From Candidatus Poribacteria bacterium (GTDB lineage: Bacteria > Poribacteria > WGA-4E > WGA-3G), in NCBI GenBank assembly GCA_964291315.2, contig OZ219753.1:1088001-1152000 (forward strand): DNA of 64,000 nt, given 5' to 3'. Positions 38,069 to 48,320 of the stretch are shown in pieces (positions within the stretch are counted from its first letter, which is position 1; every line of letters begins with the position of its first letter). The notes under the pieces were generated by a model. It searched no databases. It was given only the letters and a program-made list of their open reading frames with translations, and was not told the DNA's origin. The translations under genes were made by a program, and so were the position numbers.

Positions 38069-38535
38069 TTCAAACTGCTCCTTTTCCGTTCCCGCAAAGC
38101 CGGATCGTAAATTCTTTTTAGCCCAGTTTTGGAGATTATACCGTTTGGCCGTGTATAGAACGTGAGCTGATAGGTGTGTCCTGTTGAAAAGTGAGATCCA
38201 CCTACACTCTTCAGGCCGCTCGGACGATGTAGAAGAGAGAGCCGGCGTTTTTGTCGGAATTGAAATCCGGGTATATCCGCTTCTTGTCCAGCGAAGAATC
38301 CGCGTATAGGTATTTCCCAGATATAAGTTTGCCAACCTGCTCCATCATCGCTAACTTCGATGGGTGATCCCCATTTCTGGATCGCTTTTGAAATGTGTGT
38401 GCCCCGCCATACCGCTACAGTCCGTTGTAGATTCTCATGTTGCGTCGGTTCCGATATCGGTACTAAATGTGTCGGCCCCACACAGCTTGTGAGCAGAACG
38501 CCTACTGCAAACATAAAACAGGTGAGTCTGAGCAT
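38065..38535 (-). CDS. Hypothetical lipoprotein with a single copy of the same domain
   Basis: MLRLTCF... with lipobox LTSC; 'WRGTHISKAIQKWGSP...YIW...FYTRPNGII'. Confidence 0.75.
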   Translation of the reverse strand: MLRLTCFMFAVGVLLTSCVGPTHLVPISEPTQHENLQRTVAVWRGTHISKAIQKWGSPIEVSDDGAGWQTYIWEIPIRGFFAGQEADIPGFQFRQKRRLSLLHRPSGLKSVGGSHFSTGHTYQLTFYTRPNGIISKTGLKRIYDPALRERKRSSLK

Positions 38536-39003
38536 TTTAAAACTCCTAGTATAGATGAGAGACAAATTGTATTGTTACGCACAAAAAATAAAACATGCTA
38601 CACTAAATAAAATAAGCAATTTACGTGCCAAAGTAAAATATAACGGAGAAGGTGGAGCTATTGCGGCTTTGGCGGGTTTAAAAACAGTATCCGTTGCACG
38701 AAATAGGGCAAACGAAGTTATAAACGCACGGATTTGTGCAAATGCCGCTCGGAAAAGGTCCATGGAACCGCTTAATTGCTTTTCCATGAGATTGCGCCAT
38801 TAAAGTAATGTGAGCTTGAAAAAAGAGTGAGTAGACTCCTTTGTAGCATAACCTGTCATGTGGGGCAGTAGCGCTAGTAGCAGAGTCTGTTAGACTGTGC
38901 ATCCGGCGCATCACCCGTTCGGTCATACAACTCACGTGAGATTTCAGGTTATCTCTGATAGAAGAGACCTCATTGTATAAAATCCTGTATTTTGAGGTGT
39001 ATC

Positions 39004-39108
39004 ATGACGAAAGCGAACGCTCGCCATCTGCTGAATATATTAGCAGATATCCGAGATTTTCGCAACCCGTGCGGCAGACGGCATTTGCTCTCTGCTATCC
39101 TCGCTTGA
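39004..39108 (+). mobile_element. Remnant of an ISAs1-family-like transposase N-terminus (34 aa)
   Basis: RBS GAGGTG; MTKANARHLLNILADIRDFRNPCGRRHLLSAILA* resembles the 'L..l..v.D.R...g.RH.L..IL' pattern of ISAs1/H-repeat transposases. Confidence 0.6.
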
Positions 39109-39133
39109 CAAAACAAGCGGTGCGTGCTATATT
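39105..39133 (+). promoter_or_regulatory. Near-consensus sigma70 promoter upstream of the R-M gene
   Basis: TTGACA-N17-TATATT with extended TG. Confidence 0.7.
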
Positions 39134-39224
39134 AGGAGAGTGAAGCACCCGTCTCGTTGGTCGGGTCTATTTTCCAAGATGTCCGTTATCCGTTTACTTA
39201 TCGCCTAACCCTTGAGGAATACCA

Positions 39225-42200
39225 ATGTCATATATACCCGTTGAAACTGTTGATACTATAACTGACTTTGAGACGCTCTTAGCGTTTTTTCGTGACACTC
39301 TCGACTGGCCGATCCCCGAAGACGTGACGCTCGGCGAGATAGCTTTCCCGTGGTCGTCATCAGAGCTGGAGCTTGATGAAACGTCTGAGGCACGAGTCGC
39401 TGACTGTCTGCAGCTGCCGCCGTTCGCGCGCGAGGCGTTGGGATTTTCTCCCGAGGTCGGCTCGCAGCCGTGGGGCATCTTCTTTGTTGAATTCAGCAGT
39501 GAGCGGGTGTATCGCACGGAGTTGCGGCGGGTTCTGCGAGGTCTGGTGGAGAGGCGCACCCGAGATGCACGGTTGCCTGCGTGGGAGCTGGATCATCTGC
39601 TGTTCATCTGCACGACTGCTGATTTTCATCGGTTTGCGTTTGCCCACTTCGCAGGTGCGGGTGCGTCTTGGCAGGATGCGGTGCTGTCTATATTCTCGTG
39701 GGATCGTGGGGATACGCACCTTCGGACGCTGTGTGAATACAACCTGCCGGCTCTGGCGTTTCCGCGTGGCGGTTTTTCGTCGTCGCAAGCGTGGGTTGCT
39801 AAATGGCAGCGTGCGTTTGATGTGGCGGCTGTGACGGATCAGTTTTTCCGTGAGTATAAGAGCGTCTTTGCGTTGGTGGAGGCCTCGCTGTCAGGGATCC
39901 CGGAGAGCGCTGTGGAGGCTCGTCGGTTGTATACGCAGCGTCTGTTGAATCGTTTGATGTTTCTGCGTTTTCTTGAGAGAAAGGGTTGGTTGCGGTATGC
40001 GGGTCGCCGGGACTACTTGCGTGCGTTGTATGAGGCTGCAATGGGCATCGAGACTCTCTCTGGCAGTGCGGAATCTATAAGAAGCGGGGGGGGTAATCTC
40101 TGATAAGCACAAGGCACCTCACACAGAGAGCTTGCTCAACGACCGGCTCTATTACGTCTTCTTCCACGGTCTCAGCAATCCCGCCGGTGAGTCCGGATCC
40201 GAAGATGCCGCCGCTCGCACCCGGCGCGGCGATGTGCCGTTCCTCAACGGTGGCCTCTTCGAGATGCAGCCGTATGATGAACAACACGCAGTGCATCTCC
40301 CGAACGACACCTTTGCCGACATCCTCAACCTCTTCGAACGTTATAACTTCACGATCACCGAGTCCACGCCGCTAGACATAGAGGTTGCAGTAGACCCGGA
40401 GATGCTGGGTAAGGTGTTTGAGGAACTGGTCACGGGGCGGCACGCCAGTGGGAGCTACTACACGCCGCGTGCGGTTGTCTCTTTCATGTGTCGGGAGAGC
40501 CTGAAGCTCTGCTTGCAGACGCAGACAACGGAGAGCGCGGCATGCCTGACACAGTTCGTAGACGGTGGCGATGCCACCGGTATTCGCGATTCAGAGGGCG
40601 TATTAGAGGTGCTGCGGAGCTTACGGGTGTGTGATCCTGCGTGTGGGAGCGGTGCGTACCTGCTCGGGATGATGGGCGAACTGCTTCGCCTGCGCGATGC
40701 TCTGTTCCAAAGCGATCAGACCGATCCCGGCACGGTGTATGAACGCAAGCTGGAGATTATTCAGCGGAACCTTTACGGTGTGGACAGAGACGACTTCGCG
40801 GTCAACATTGCGATGCTGCGCCTCTGGCTGAGCCTCACAGTAGACTACGAAGGCGCCGTGCCGCAGCCACTGCCGAACTTGGATTACAAGGTGGCGGTGG
40901 GAGACAGCCTGACCGGTGCAGCCCCCGAACAGCTGACGCTTGAAAGGCCGTTGATCCAAGCGATACAGGAGAAACAAGCGGACTATTTCATCACACACGG
41001 GGACGCAAAGAAAGAGGCACTCCGAGCGGAGATCGCCGCACTCCGAGCGGATCTTCAAGGCTGGCAAGATGCCCCGGAGGAGGCGTTTGTCTGGCAGGTT
41101 GAGTTTCCGGAGGTCTTCCAAGCGGGCGGTTTTGATGTTGTGATTGGCAACCCGCCTTATGTGCGACAAGAACTTATCAAAGCGATGAAGCCGACTTACA
41201 AACGGCTATTCCCAGAGGTGTATGTCGGCACCGCAGACCTCTACGTCTATTTTTACAAGCGCGGCACGGAGCTGCTGCGGAGGCACGGCATCTTGGCGTA
41301 TATCTCCTCGAACAAGTTTTTGCGGGCAGCGTATGGCAGAAAACTGCGTGCCTTTTTCTGCGATGCCCAACGCATTCAGCAGCTGCTTGACTTCGGGAGT
41401 GTCGCTGTCTTCAAAGCGAGTGTGGATACCTGTATCCTGATCCTTGAAAATGCTATATCAGAGGGAGCGCCTTTTTCGGTGGCGACGTTTCGGGAGGCGT
41501 CCGATGTGCTGCGGTTGTCTGCGGCGTTTCGGGATCGGGCGTTTCGGCTGCAGCCGCGTGATTTATCAGCGGAGGGCTGGACCTTGGCATCGCCCGAGAC
41601 ACTGCAGCTCCTGCGGAAACTCGAAACCACCGGCACACCCCTCGGCGAATATGTCAAGGAAGGTTTTTATATGGGAGTGAAGACAGGATATAACAAGGCA
41701 TTTATCATCGATGCGGCTGTGCGGCAGCGGCTGATCTCCGAGGATCCGAAGAGCGATGAGCTCATAAAGCCTTTGCTCAGAGGGCGTAATCTTCGTAAAT
41801 GGAAGGCAATACCCGCAAATGAATACCTAATAGTGATAGAGAGCAGTGCGAATAGAGACTGGCCCTGGTCAGATGCAAGCAACACCACAGAGGCAGAACG
41901 GATTTTTGCAAGAGCCTACCCCGCAATCCATCAACATTTGCTCGGCTATCGCAAGCGCTTGATCAAAAGGGACGATCAGGGCACATTTTATTGGGAACTT
42001 CGATCGTGTGCATACTATGCAGAGTTTGAAAAACCGAAGATTTTGTACTCAAAGATTTCAAAGGCTCTTTACGCAGTTTATGATACAACTGGGGCATACG
42101 GGTTAGACTCAACACACTTCATACCCATTAACGATCTTTCTGTCTTTGCTATTTTGAATAGTAGACTGTTTGACTGGTATGCACGCCATAAATTTCAGAG

Positions 42201-42459
42201 TCTCAACGACCCGTGGGCAGGCGGAGGTTTGTCTTTCTTTTCGCAACATATGGAGAAGGTTCCTATGGCAGATTGCACTGATACACAGAAAGCAGAAGTA
42301 TCATGTCTCGTTGAACAGATACTAGCAGCCCCAGAGAGCGATAACGTGCGCGACATCGAGCGGGAGATAGACCGGTGGGTGTATCGGGTGTATGGGCTGA
42401 CAGATGCGGAGGTGGCATTGATTCAACGAACGTATCGTGAGGCGGGGATGGCGCGGTGA
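39225..42459 (+). pseudogene. Type IIG/Eco57I-like restriction-modification gene, frameshifted at a G8 tract (40086-40093)
   Basis: ORF 39225..40103 ('VTDQFFREYK...QRLLNRLMFLRFLERKGWL') plus ORF 40132..42459 ('PFLNGGLF', 'GSYYTPR', 'DPACGSGAY', 'VIGNPPY', TaqI-like C-terminus). Deleting one G joins them with no stop. Confidence 0.85.
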
Positions 42460-42619
42460 AAAGGAAGTCGACAGCGCCCCCTACAGCGCGGAGCGATTCA
42501 ATTGTGGTTCATATATTTTTTATGAGGTTGACAGCTTTGCATGGGTTGCGAAACTCTGGGCTATCTGCTAATATGTAGGGCAATCTGATAGTCTATTGTT
42601 ATTATTAAGGAGGTTTTCT

Positions 42620-43810
42620 ATGTCCAAACTCAATATTGCCTTAGTCGGTGCAGGACGGCGGGGTGCAGGTGCCCATTTGCCGGTTATTTCGAAACTCAAA
42701 GATGTCTACAACCTTGTTGCAATCTGCGATATAGACGCGGAGGCTGCAACGCGCTATGCGAAAGAATACGGTGCGACTCCGTACACCAACGTTCGGGATC
42801 TCGTTGCGCAGGAAGATCTAGATGTTGTGGATATCACTGTTCCCGGTGTTGCGCACCACTCAATCTGCTGTTTCATGGCAGATGCGGGTGTCCACATTCT
42901 CTGTGAGACCCCGATAGGTGTTACGCTCCGCACAGCTGATCTCATAATTGAACGAGCTAGGACGAACAATGTGAAACTTGAGATAGCTGAAAACTATTAC
43001 CGCGCCCCGCTAGAACGGTTCTTATCGAAAGTTATTGAGGCAGATATTATCGGAGAAGTATCTCGGATTTATCGTATTTTCTATGAGGGTGGTTATCACG
43101 GAATGAGCATGCTCCGTCTCCGCGCTGGTGGTGAACCGAAGTCTGTGCTCGGTATCACACAAACGAGTCCTGTGATTCCTATTATTGACCGCATGAGGCG
43201 GCATCATACGAGCGAGAATTGGAGTCTCGGCTTTATCGAATTTCACAACAAAGCAACCGCTCTCATGGTGTACTCAAATGTCATTCACGCCAGGTCTTTG
43301 GGGCGCGGACAGATCGGTGTTTCACAGATTGATGGCAGCAAAGGTACGATCGTTGGCGAAGACATCTATGTCGCCCCGGCAGATGAACTCCAATCCGGAG
43401 CGAAGGGTGTTGCTTATCGCCCGAGGCGCATTACTATTGATGTAGATGGGGTCAACGTAACTGAGGCGATCGAGCTGCGGCTTCCACATCTAACCGTCAC
43501 GTGGGAAAACCCACTTAAGAACTATGCGCTTTCCGAAGGGCAAATCGCTGTTGCGGACGAGCTTATCAGCATTGCTACAGCTATCCGTAACGATACTGAA
43601 CCGGAATACGGGGCAGCGCGTGCGAGACAGGACCAAGAGATGAACATTGCGATGAGTGAATCTGGCAAGCAGAGCCGAGAAACGCTCACATTTCCACTAA
43701 CGTCAGTAACTGCAACGGAACAAAGGATCCACGCCAACTATCAACAAAAGTATGGTCATCCTATCGAAGACATTGAAGGAGGGATTGATACCTTTTTCCC
43801 GCGAGGTTGA
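42620..43810 (+). CDS. Gfo/Idh/MocA oxidoreductase
   Basis: RBS AAGGAGG; 'IALVGAGRRG' and 'HILCETP'. Confidence 0.88.
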   Translation: MSKLNIALVGAGRRGAGAHLPVISKLKDVYNLVAICDIDAEAATRYAKEYGATPYTNVRDLVAQEDLDVVDITVPGVAHHSICCFMADAGVHILCETPIGVTLRTADLIIERARTNNVKLEIAENYYRAPLERFLSKVIEADIIGEVSRIYRIFYEGGYHGMSMLRLRAGGEPKSVLGITQTSPVIPIIDRMRRHHTSENWSLGFIEFHNKATALMVYSNVIHARSLGRGQIGVSQIDGSKGTIVGEDIYVAPADELQSGAKGVAYRPRRITIDVDGVNVTEAIELRLPHLTVTWENPLKNYALSEGQIAVADELISIATAIRNDTEPEYGAARARQDQEMNIAMSESGKQSRETLTFPLTSVTATEQRIHANYQQKYGHPIEDIEGGIDTFFPRG

Positions 43811-43943
43811 GATCATAGGATATTCGGTGAAACAGTTGAAACGTTTTTGCCGGCGAAAAAGTGTTTGCGGATAGCTCGGCTTCATGGTATACTTATTAGA
43901 GAGTAACGGACTGCCATATCTCATCAAAGGAGGGAGCAATAAA

Positions 43944-44156
43944 ATGGGAATAGGCGGGATGGAAATTTTTGTCATACTTGTGGCGGCGCTAGTCATTTTT
44001 GGGCCGAAGAAGTTGCCGGAAATGGGGCGTTCACTCGGTAAAGCGATCCGGGAATTCAAGAGTGCTGGAACCGAAATTCAAGATGAGCTGACAAAAGCAG
44101 CAAATGACATCGATAAGGACACGGATCGAAATATCAAACGTCCGAAGTCGTCTTAA
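43944..44156 (+). CDS. tatA: Twin-arginine translocase TatA/E subunit
   Basis: 'EIFVILVAALVIFGPKKLPEMGRSLGKAIREFK'. Confidence 0.95.
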   Translation: MGIGGMEIFVILVAALVIFGPKKLPEMGRSLGKAIREFKSAGTEIQDELTKAANDIDKDTDRNIKRPKSS

Positions 44157-44167
44157 TCGTTAATTTC

Positions 44168-45004
44168 GTGAGCGATACCACTATGGGATCTAACGATGTT
44201 GCAATGACCTTCTGGGAACATCTTGAGGAGCTCCGAAGGCGCATTATCATTTCTGCAATCGCAATAGCTATTTTTACGTTGTTGAGTTTATCTTTTAGTA
44301 AACCTATCGAGCGCGTCATTAAGTTTCCTTTAGAAACTTCTATGAACACTCTGATTGCGAATGCTATTGATACCGCACCTGGTTCTGAAGGTTCAATACT
44401 TGGTTTTCTCGCTCTCGCTTTGCGTGCTGGAAATTCCAACATCAACGCTACCCTCATGAAAGTTGGCCCCTTAGAGGGTATTATGGCGTACCTGAAATTA
44501 GGAATAACCACGGGTATTCTATTGGCGTTACCGATAATCATTTATCACGTTTGGGCATTCGTTTTTCCGGCGTTAAATCGGGAGGAACAACGGTTTGCTA
44601 TTCCGCTCTTTTTAATCATTGTCACATTTTTTATTCTTGGTGCCACTTTTGCCTACTTTATTGTTACGCCTGTTGTCTTACAATTTTCTGCGCAACTGCT
44701 TCCAGAGCTACCTAACATCTGGGATCTGGAAAAATATATTAATTTTGTAACCCGGTTAATTTTGGGATTTGGTATCGCTTTTGAGCTGCCGATAGTGATG
44801 GCGTTTCTGTCATATATCGGCATAATTGATGCCCGCGGGTTTCGTGAAAAGCAGAATTATGCCCTGCTAGGTATCTGTATTATGTCAGCTTTATTGACCC
44901 CTGCTGATCCTGGTTCAATGCTATTGATGGCGATACCGCTGTTCATTTTATATCAACTCGGCATCTTCTTCGCCTATCTTGTCGAAAAGGAGTCAGAAAT
45001 CTAA
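44168..45004 (+). CDS. tatC: Twin-arginine translocase TatC
   Basis: 'MTFWEHLEELRRR', 'WAFVFPAL', 'FGIAFELP' and 'LTPADP'. Confidence 0.96.
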   Translation: MSDTTMGSNDVAMTFWEHLEELRRRIIISAIAIAIFTLLSLSFSKPIERVIKFPLETSMNTLIANAIDTAPGSEGSILGFLALALRAGNSNINATLMKVGPLEGIMAYLKLGITTGILLALPIIIYHVWAFVFPALNREEQRFAIPLFLIIVTFFILGATFAYFIVTPVVLQFSAQLLPELPNIWDLEKYINFVTRLILGFGIAFELPIVMAFLSYIGIIDARGFREKQNYALLGICIMSALLTPADPGSMLLMAIPLFILYQLGIFFAYLVEKESEI

Positions 45005-45777
45005 TGGCTAACGAGTCTTTGCGGCAGCAACTCGCTCTACTCTACCAATTGCAAGAACACGATTTGGAACTGTTATCTATCCGCGAAAAAATTCGGGCTA
45101 TCCCGGTGCAGATTGCACAATTAGCGGAGGGAGTCAAACGATATGAGGAAGAGATTGCGGTCAAATCGGCTGAACTTGAGGAAAAAGAGAAGGGGCAGCG
45201 TGCGAAAAACGCTGAGCTTGAAATGAACGCTGTGCAACGCGAAAAATACCGGACTGAACAACGGACGGTGACATCTAACGAAGCTTATACTGCCCTGGAA
45301 CGCCAGATCGAATTTCTGGATAGCAAAGATGAAGAGACTGAAGATGCCATCTTAGCTCTTATGGAAGAGAGTGACCAAGTAAAGGAAGCGCTGGCAAAAC
45401 TAGAAGCCGCGGTGAGTCGAGAAATAAAAAAAACAGATGTTCGAACGCAAGAACTCGAAGAAAAACTACATGCCTTAAAAACAGAGAGAGATGAAAAGTT
45501 AAAGCATCGGAAGACGTTCCTTCCAAAGGTCGATGAGAAGCTCAAAAGCGAATACCACAGATGGATGAAAGCTCGACTTTCAAACCGTTCTAAAACAGCA
45601 CAGACGAAAATAGGTTTTGTGGCATTAGTTAAAAGAGGTACTTGTGGTAGTTGCCGTATCGCCCTTCAACCGCAGACTCTTAAAGAGGCAGAAAAGTATC
45701 AGGAGCCGGTTTATTGTTCAAATTGTAAAAGGTTGCTCTATGTTGAGCCTGTTACACCGGGCATTCCTTTCCCCTGA
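45004..45777 (+). CDS. Coiled-coil protein with a C4 zinc ribbon (CT398/HP0958-like)
   Basis: 'LYQLQEHD', long coiled coil and 'CGSC...CSNCKRLLY'. Confidence 0.88.
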   Translation: MANESLRQQLALLYQLQEHDLELLSIREKIRAIPVQIAQLAEGVKRYEEEIAVKSAELEEKEKGQRAKNAELEMNAVQREKYRTEQRTVTSNEAYTALERQIEFLDSKDEETEDAILALMEESDQVKEALAKLEAAVSREIKKTDVRTQELEEKLHALKTERDEKLKHRKTFLPKVDEKLKSEYHRWMKARLSNRSKTAQTKIGFVALVKRGTCGSCRIALQPQTLKEAEKYQEPVYCSNCKRLLYVEPVTPGIPFP

Positions 45778-45850
45778 AAAAGATAGGTTTCTATAGTAGA
45801 TTTTTCCGTTTTGAAGAGATGTTTGATCAGAAAAGGATAAGAGGTTTACA

Positions 45851-46177
45851 ATGCCATTCTTTATCATCAATGAACAACCAGAAACGCAGATTTTTGACGG
45901 GGCCAGCATTCGGACCCTTCATGGTGAAAAAATAATGATGTCCTTTGTCGATTTGAAACCGCATAGCGTTGTTGCGGAACATAGCCATCCTCATGAGCAG
46001 ATGGGAATGGTACTTGAGGGGACGTTTGAATTAACTATTGATGGTGACTCCCGCCTCCTGAAAAAAGGAGATGCCTACCTCATTCCATCTCATGTGAAAC
46101 ACAGTGCAAAAGCGCTAGATGAACCTGCAGTTGCCCTCGACATTTTCAGTCCGCCGCGAGAAGATTACAAGCAGTGA
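45851..46177 (+). CDS. Cupin domain protein
   Basis: 'HSHPHEQ', 'GDAYLIPSHVKH' and 'DIFSPPREDY'. Confidence 0.92.
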   Translation: MPFFIINEQPETQIFDGASIRTLHGEKIMMSFVDLKPHSVVAEHSHPHEQMGMVLEGTFELTIDGDSRLLKKGDAYLIPSHVKHSAKALDEPAVALDIFSPPREDYKQ

Positions 46178-46929
46178 AGATGTATCAAGCCATTCAGGAA
46201 CTTGAAACCGTCGGCATCGTCACTGCCGGTACCACCTTCCGCCATGGAGGAGTTAGTCGTGGCCCATACGCCTCCATGAATCTTGCTGAACATGTTGGGG
46301 ACGATCTAAGTGCGGTTACAACCAACAGAGAGATTTTCTTTCGGCAAAGTGGGTTCACAGATATCCACTATTGCGAGCAGGTGCACAGTGCTTGTGTTAT
46401 TGACGTTGATCACACCCCGGGTGTAGTCTTCAAACAACATCCGGAAGCGGATGCCCTTATCTCGGCTCAAAGCGGGGTGCCCTTAGGTATATTCACAGCG
46501 GATTGTGTTCCTATATTCATCTTAGATGTTGCCACCCCTGCTGTTGGGATCGCTCACGCGGGCTGGCGGGGTACGCTTGCAGGAATCGCAATGAATACGC
46601 TTGAGCGCATGCAGACCTGTTTTGGAACTCACCCTATAAAGTGTCATGTCCATTTAGGCCCATCCATCCAAAAATGCTGCTATACCGTCAGTCCAGGATT
46701 GCTTGATCGATTTACGGTCCGCTTCGGGAACATCGTGCGCAGTGCTACAAACTTGAGCTTGCAAACCGCAAATGCTGTCCAATTAACCGAAATAGGTGTA
46801 CCCGCCTCCGCAATCTCAGTCTCCGCGTTCTGTACCGCCTGCCGTACCGACCTTTTTTTTTCTCACCGCGTAGAAGCGGGGAAAACAGGTAGGATGCTTT
46901 CATTTATTCAACTTGACGTGAAGAGCTAA
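46174..46929 (+). CDS. pgeF: PgeF/YfiH (laccase-domain) protein
   Basis: 'EQVHS', 'TADCVPI', 'HAGWRG', 'GPSI..CCY' and 'FFSHR'. Confidence 0.93.
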   Translation: MKMYQAIQELETVGIVTAGTTFRHGGVSRGPYASMNLAEHVGDDLSAVTTNREIFFRQSGFTDIHYCEQVHSACVIDVDHTPGVVFKQHPEADALISAQSGVPLGIFTADCVPIFILDVATPAVGIAHAGWRGTLAGIAMNTLERMQTCFGTHPIKCHVHLGPSIQKCCYTVSPGLLDRFTVRFGNIVRSATNLSLQTANAVQLTEIGVPASAISVSAFCTACRTDLFFSHRVEAGKTGRMLSFIQLDVKS

Positions 46930-47163
46930 CAACTATTCAAGAGGTCGGATTCTCGGATCTAACAAAAATTTGCATTTTGTGTAAAGATATAGTATTATTA
47001 ATATACATAATAGAAATGCCATCACTGGAAGGAGCGTGTCCGAGTCCTGCAGTCGTAACCTCACGCCGCTTCAGAACGTCTTTTTCCAAAGACCTGATTT
47101 TATTAAATACAATAGCCTTTAAAGACCGCTGTTCAGTAACAATTTAGTATATCTTGGAGGAAG

Positions 47164-47472
47164 GTGGAAATGCGAGTCTTTTTCATGGCGTTATCAATTA
47201 TCATAGGTATCATCGGGTTGGTTTTTATTTTACAAGGCGTTTATCACCCCTTCAAGTACCAAGAGGTGTTGTCTGAGAATGTGAGTGCAGTGCAAGTCAC
47301 GCAAGTCTATACAGAGGCAACGCACAGTATAGCAATAGGTATCGGTATCGTTAGTGTAGCGGTCTTAGTTGCGGTTATAGGTATACTCTTTTATATAAAC
47401 AAACCTATACAAGAACAAAAACGGCCGAGGAACGGTTCGAATACGCAAGCGCTGGGCGATTTTGCATCCTGA
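47164..47472 (+). CDS. Small two-TM hypothetical membrane protein
   Basis: RBS GGAGG; two hydrophobic segments. Confidence 0.6.
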   Translation: MEMRVFFMALSIIIGIIGLVFILQGVYHPFKYQEVLSENVSAVQVTQVYTEATHSIAIGIGIVSVAVLVAVIGILFYINKPIQEQKRPRNGSNTQALGDFAS

Positions 47473-47545
47473 CTCGTTCTTCTTAATTGTGCCAACTTTG
47501 GAATCGAAGGGCGTGATTTAGGACATCATACGAGGGCCATGTCAA

Positions 47546-48271
47546 TTGAAATCGATTGCCGATAACCTTTCTTGTATCAACCAGCGTATCGCCAACGCTG
47601 CTGCCCGCAGTAACCGCGCGGGAGGTTCAATAAGGCTTGTTGTTGTTACAAAAGGGCGTTCCGTTGCAGAGATGCAGGCGGTTCTTGCTACTGGGGTTGT
47701 GGACATCGGGGAAAATAGGGTTCAAGAAGCCCAACAGAAGTACACAATAGTGAATTCTTTGGTTGACACCGAGGTTGCTCCATCTGCTGATAGAGCATGC
47801 CGATGGCATCTCATCGGGCATTTGCAAAGAAATAAAGTCAAAACGGCATTAAACATCTTCTCGCTGATTCATTCGGTTGACAGTTTGCGACTTTTAGCGG
47901 AGATAGCACGCCGTTCTGAAGAATGCTCACAACAGACAGATGTTTTAATTCAGGTAAACACAACCGGTGAGGCTAGTAAATACGGTTTAGATGCGGATGG
48001 TTTGCTCGGATTTATGGAAGATGCGCAGGCGTACCCGCTAGTACATATTGCTGGATTGATGACGATAGGACAGTTAAGCCACTCACCTGATGTAAACCGG
48101 CCGGCATTTGCTTTGCTCAGATCACTTGCTGAAAAAATAGAATCCCAGAAATTCCCTGGAGTTACTATGCGGTATCTCTCGATGGGAATGACAAATGACT
48201 TTGAGGTTGCTATTGAAGAGGGGGCAAATCTTGTTAGAATTGGAACTGCAATCTTTTGCCCTTCAACGTAA
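47546..48271 (+). CDS. yggS: PLP homeostasis protein YggS
   Basis: 'VVTK', 'GENRVQE', 'WHLIGHLQRNK' and 'LSMGMTNDFEVAIEEGANLVRIG'. Confidence 0.96.
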   Translation: MKSIADNLSCINQRIANAAARSNRAGGSIRLVVVTKGRSVAEMQAVLATGVVDIGENRVQEAQQKYTIVNSLVDTEVAPSADRACRWHLIGHLQRNKVKTALNIFSLIHSVDSLRLLAEIARRSEECSQQTDVLIQVNTTGEASKYGLDADGLLGFMEDAQAYPLVHIAGLMTIGQLSHSPDVNRPAFALLRSLAEKIESQKFPGVTMRYLSMGMTNDFEVAIEEGANLVRIGTAIFCPST

Positions 48272-48320
48272 GTTTCAAACATATAGTAGCAAGCGGTGGA
48301 AATTCTAAGAGGAAAAGACA

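Noticed and set aside
38069-38335. N-terminal extension of ORF 37373..38335 overlapping the upstream lipoprotein gene
   Set aside because: The lipoprotein signal starts at 38068 with an ATGA overlap.
47020-47090. Possible riboswitch upstream of the small membrane protein
   Set aside because: Only a weak imperfect stem (GCGTG/CACGC) and no recognisable aptamer consensus.
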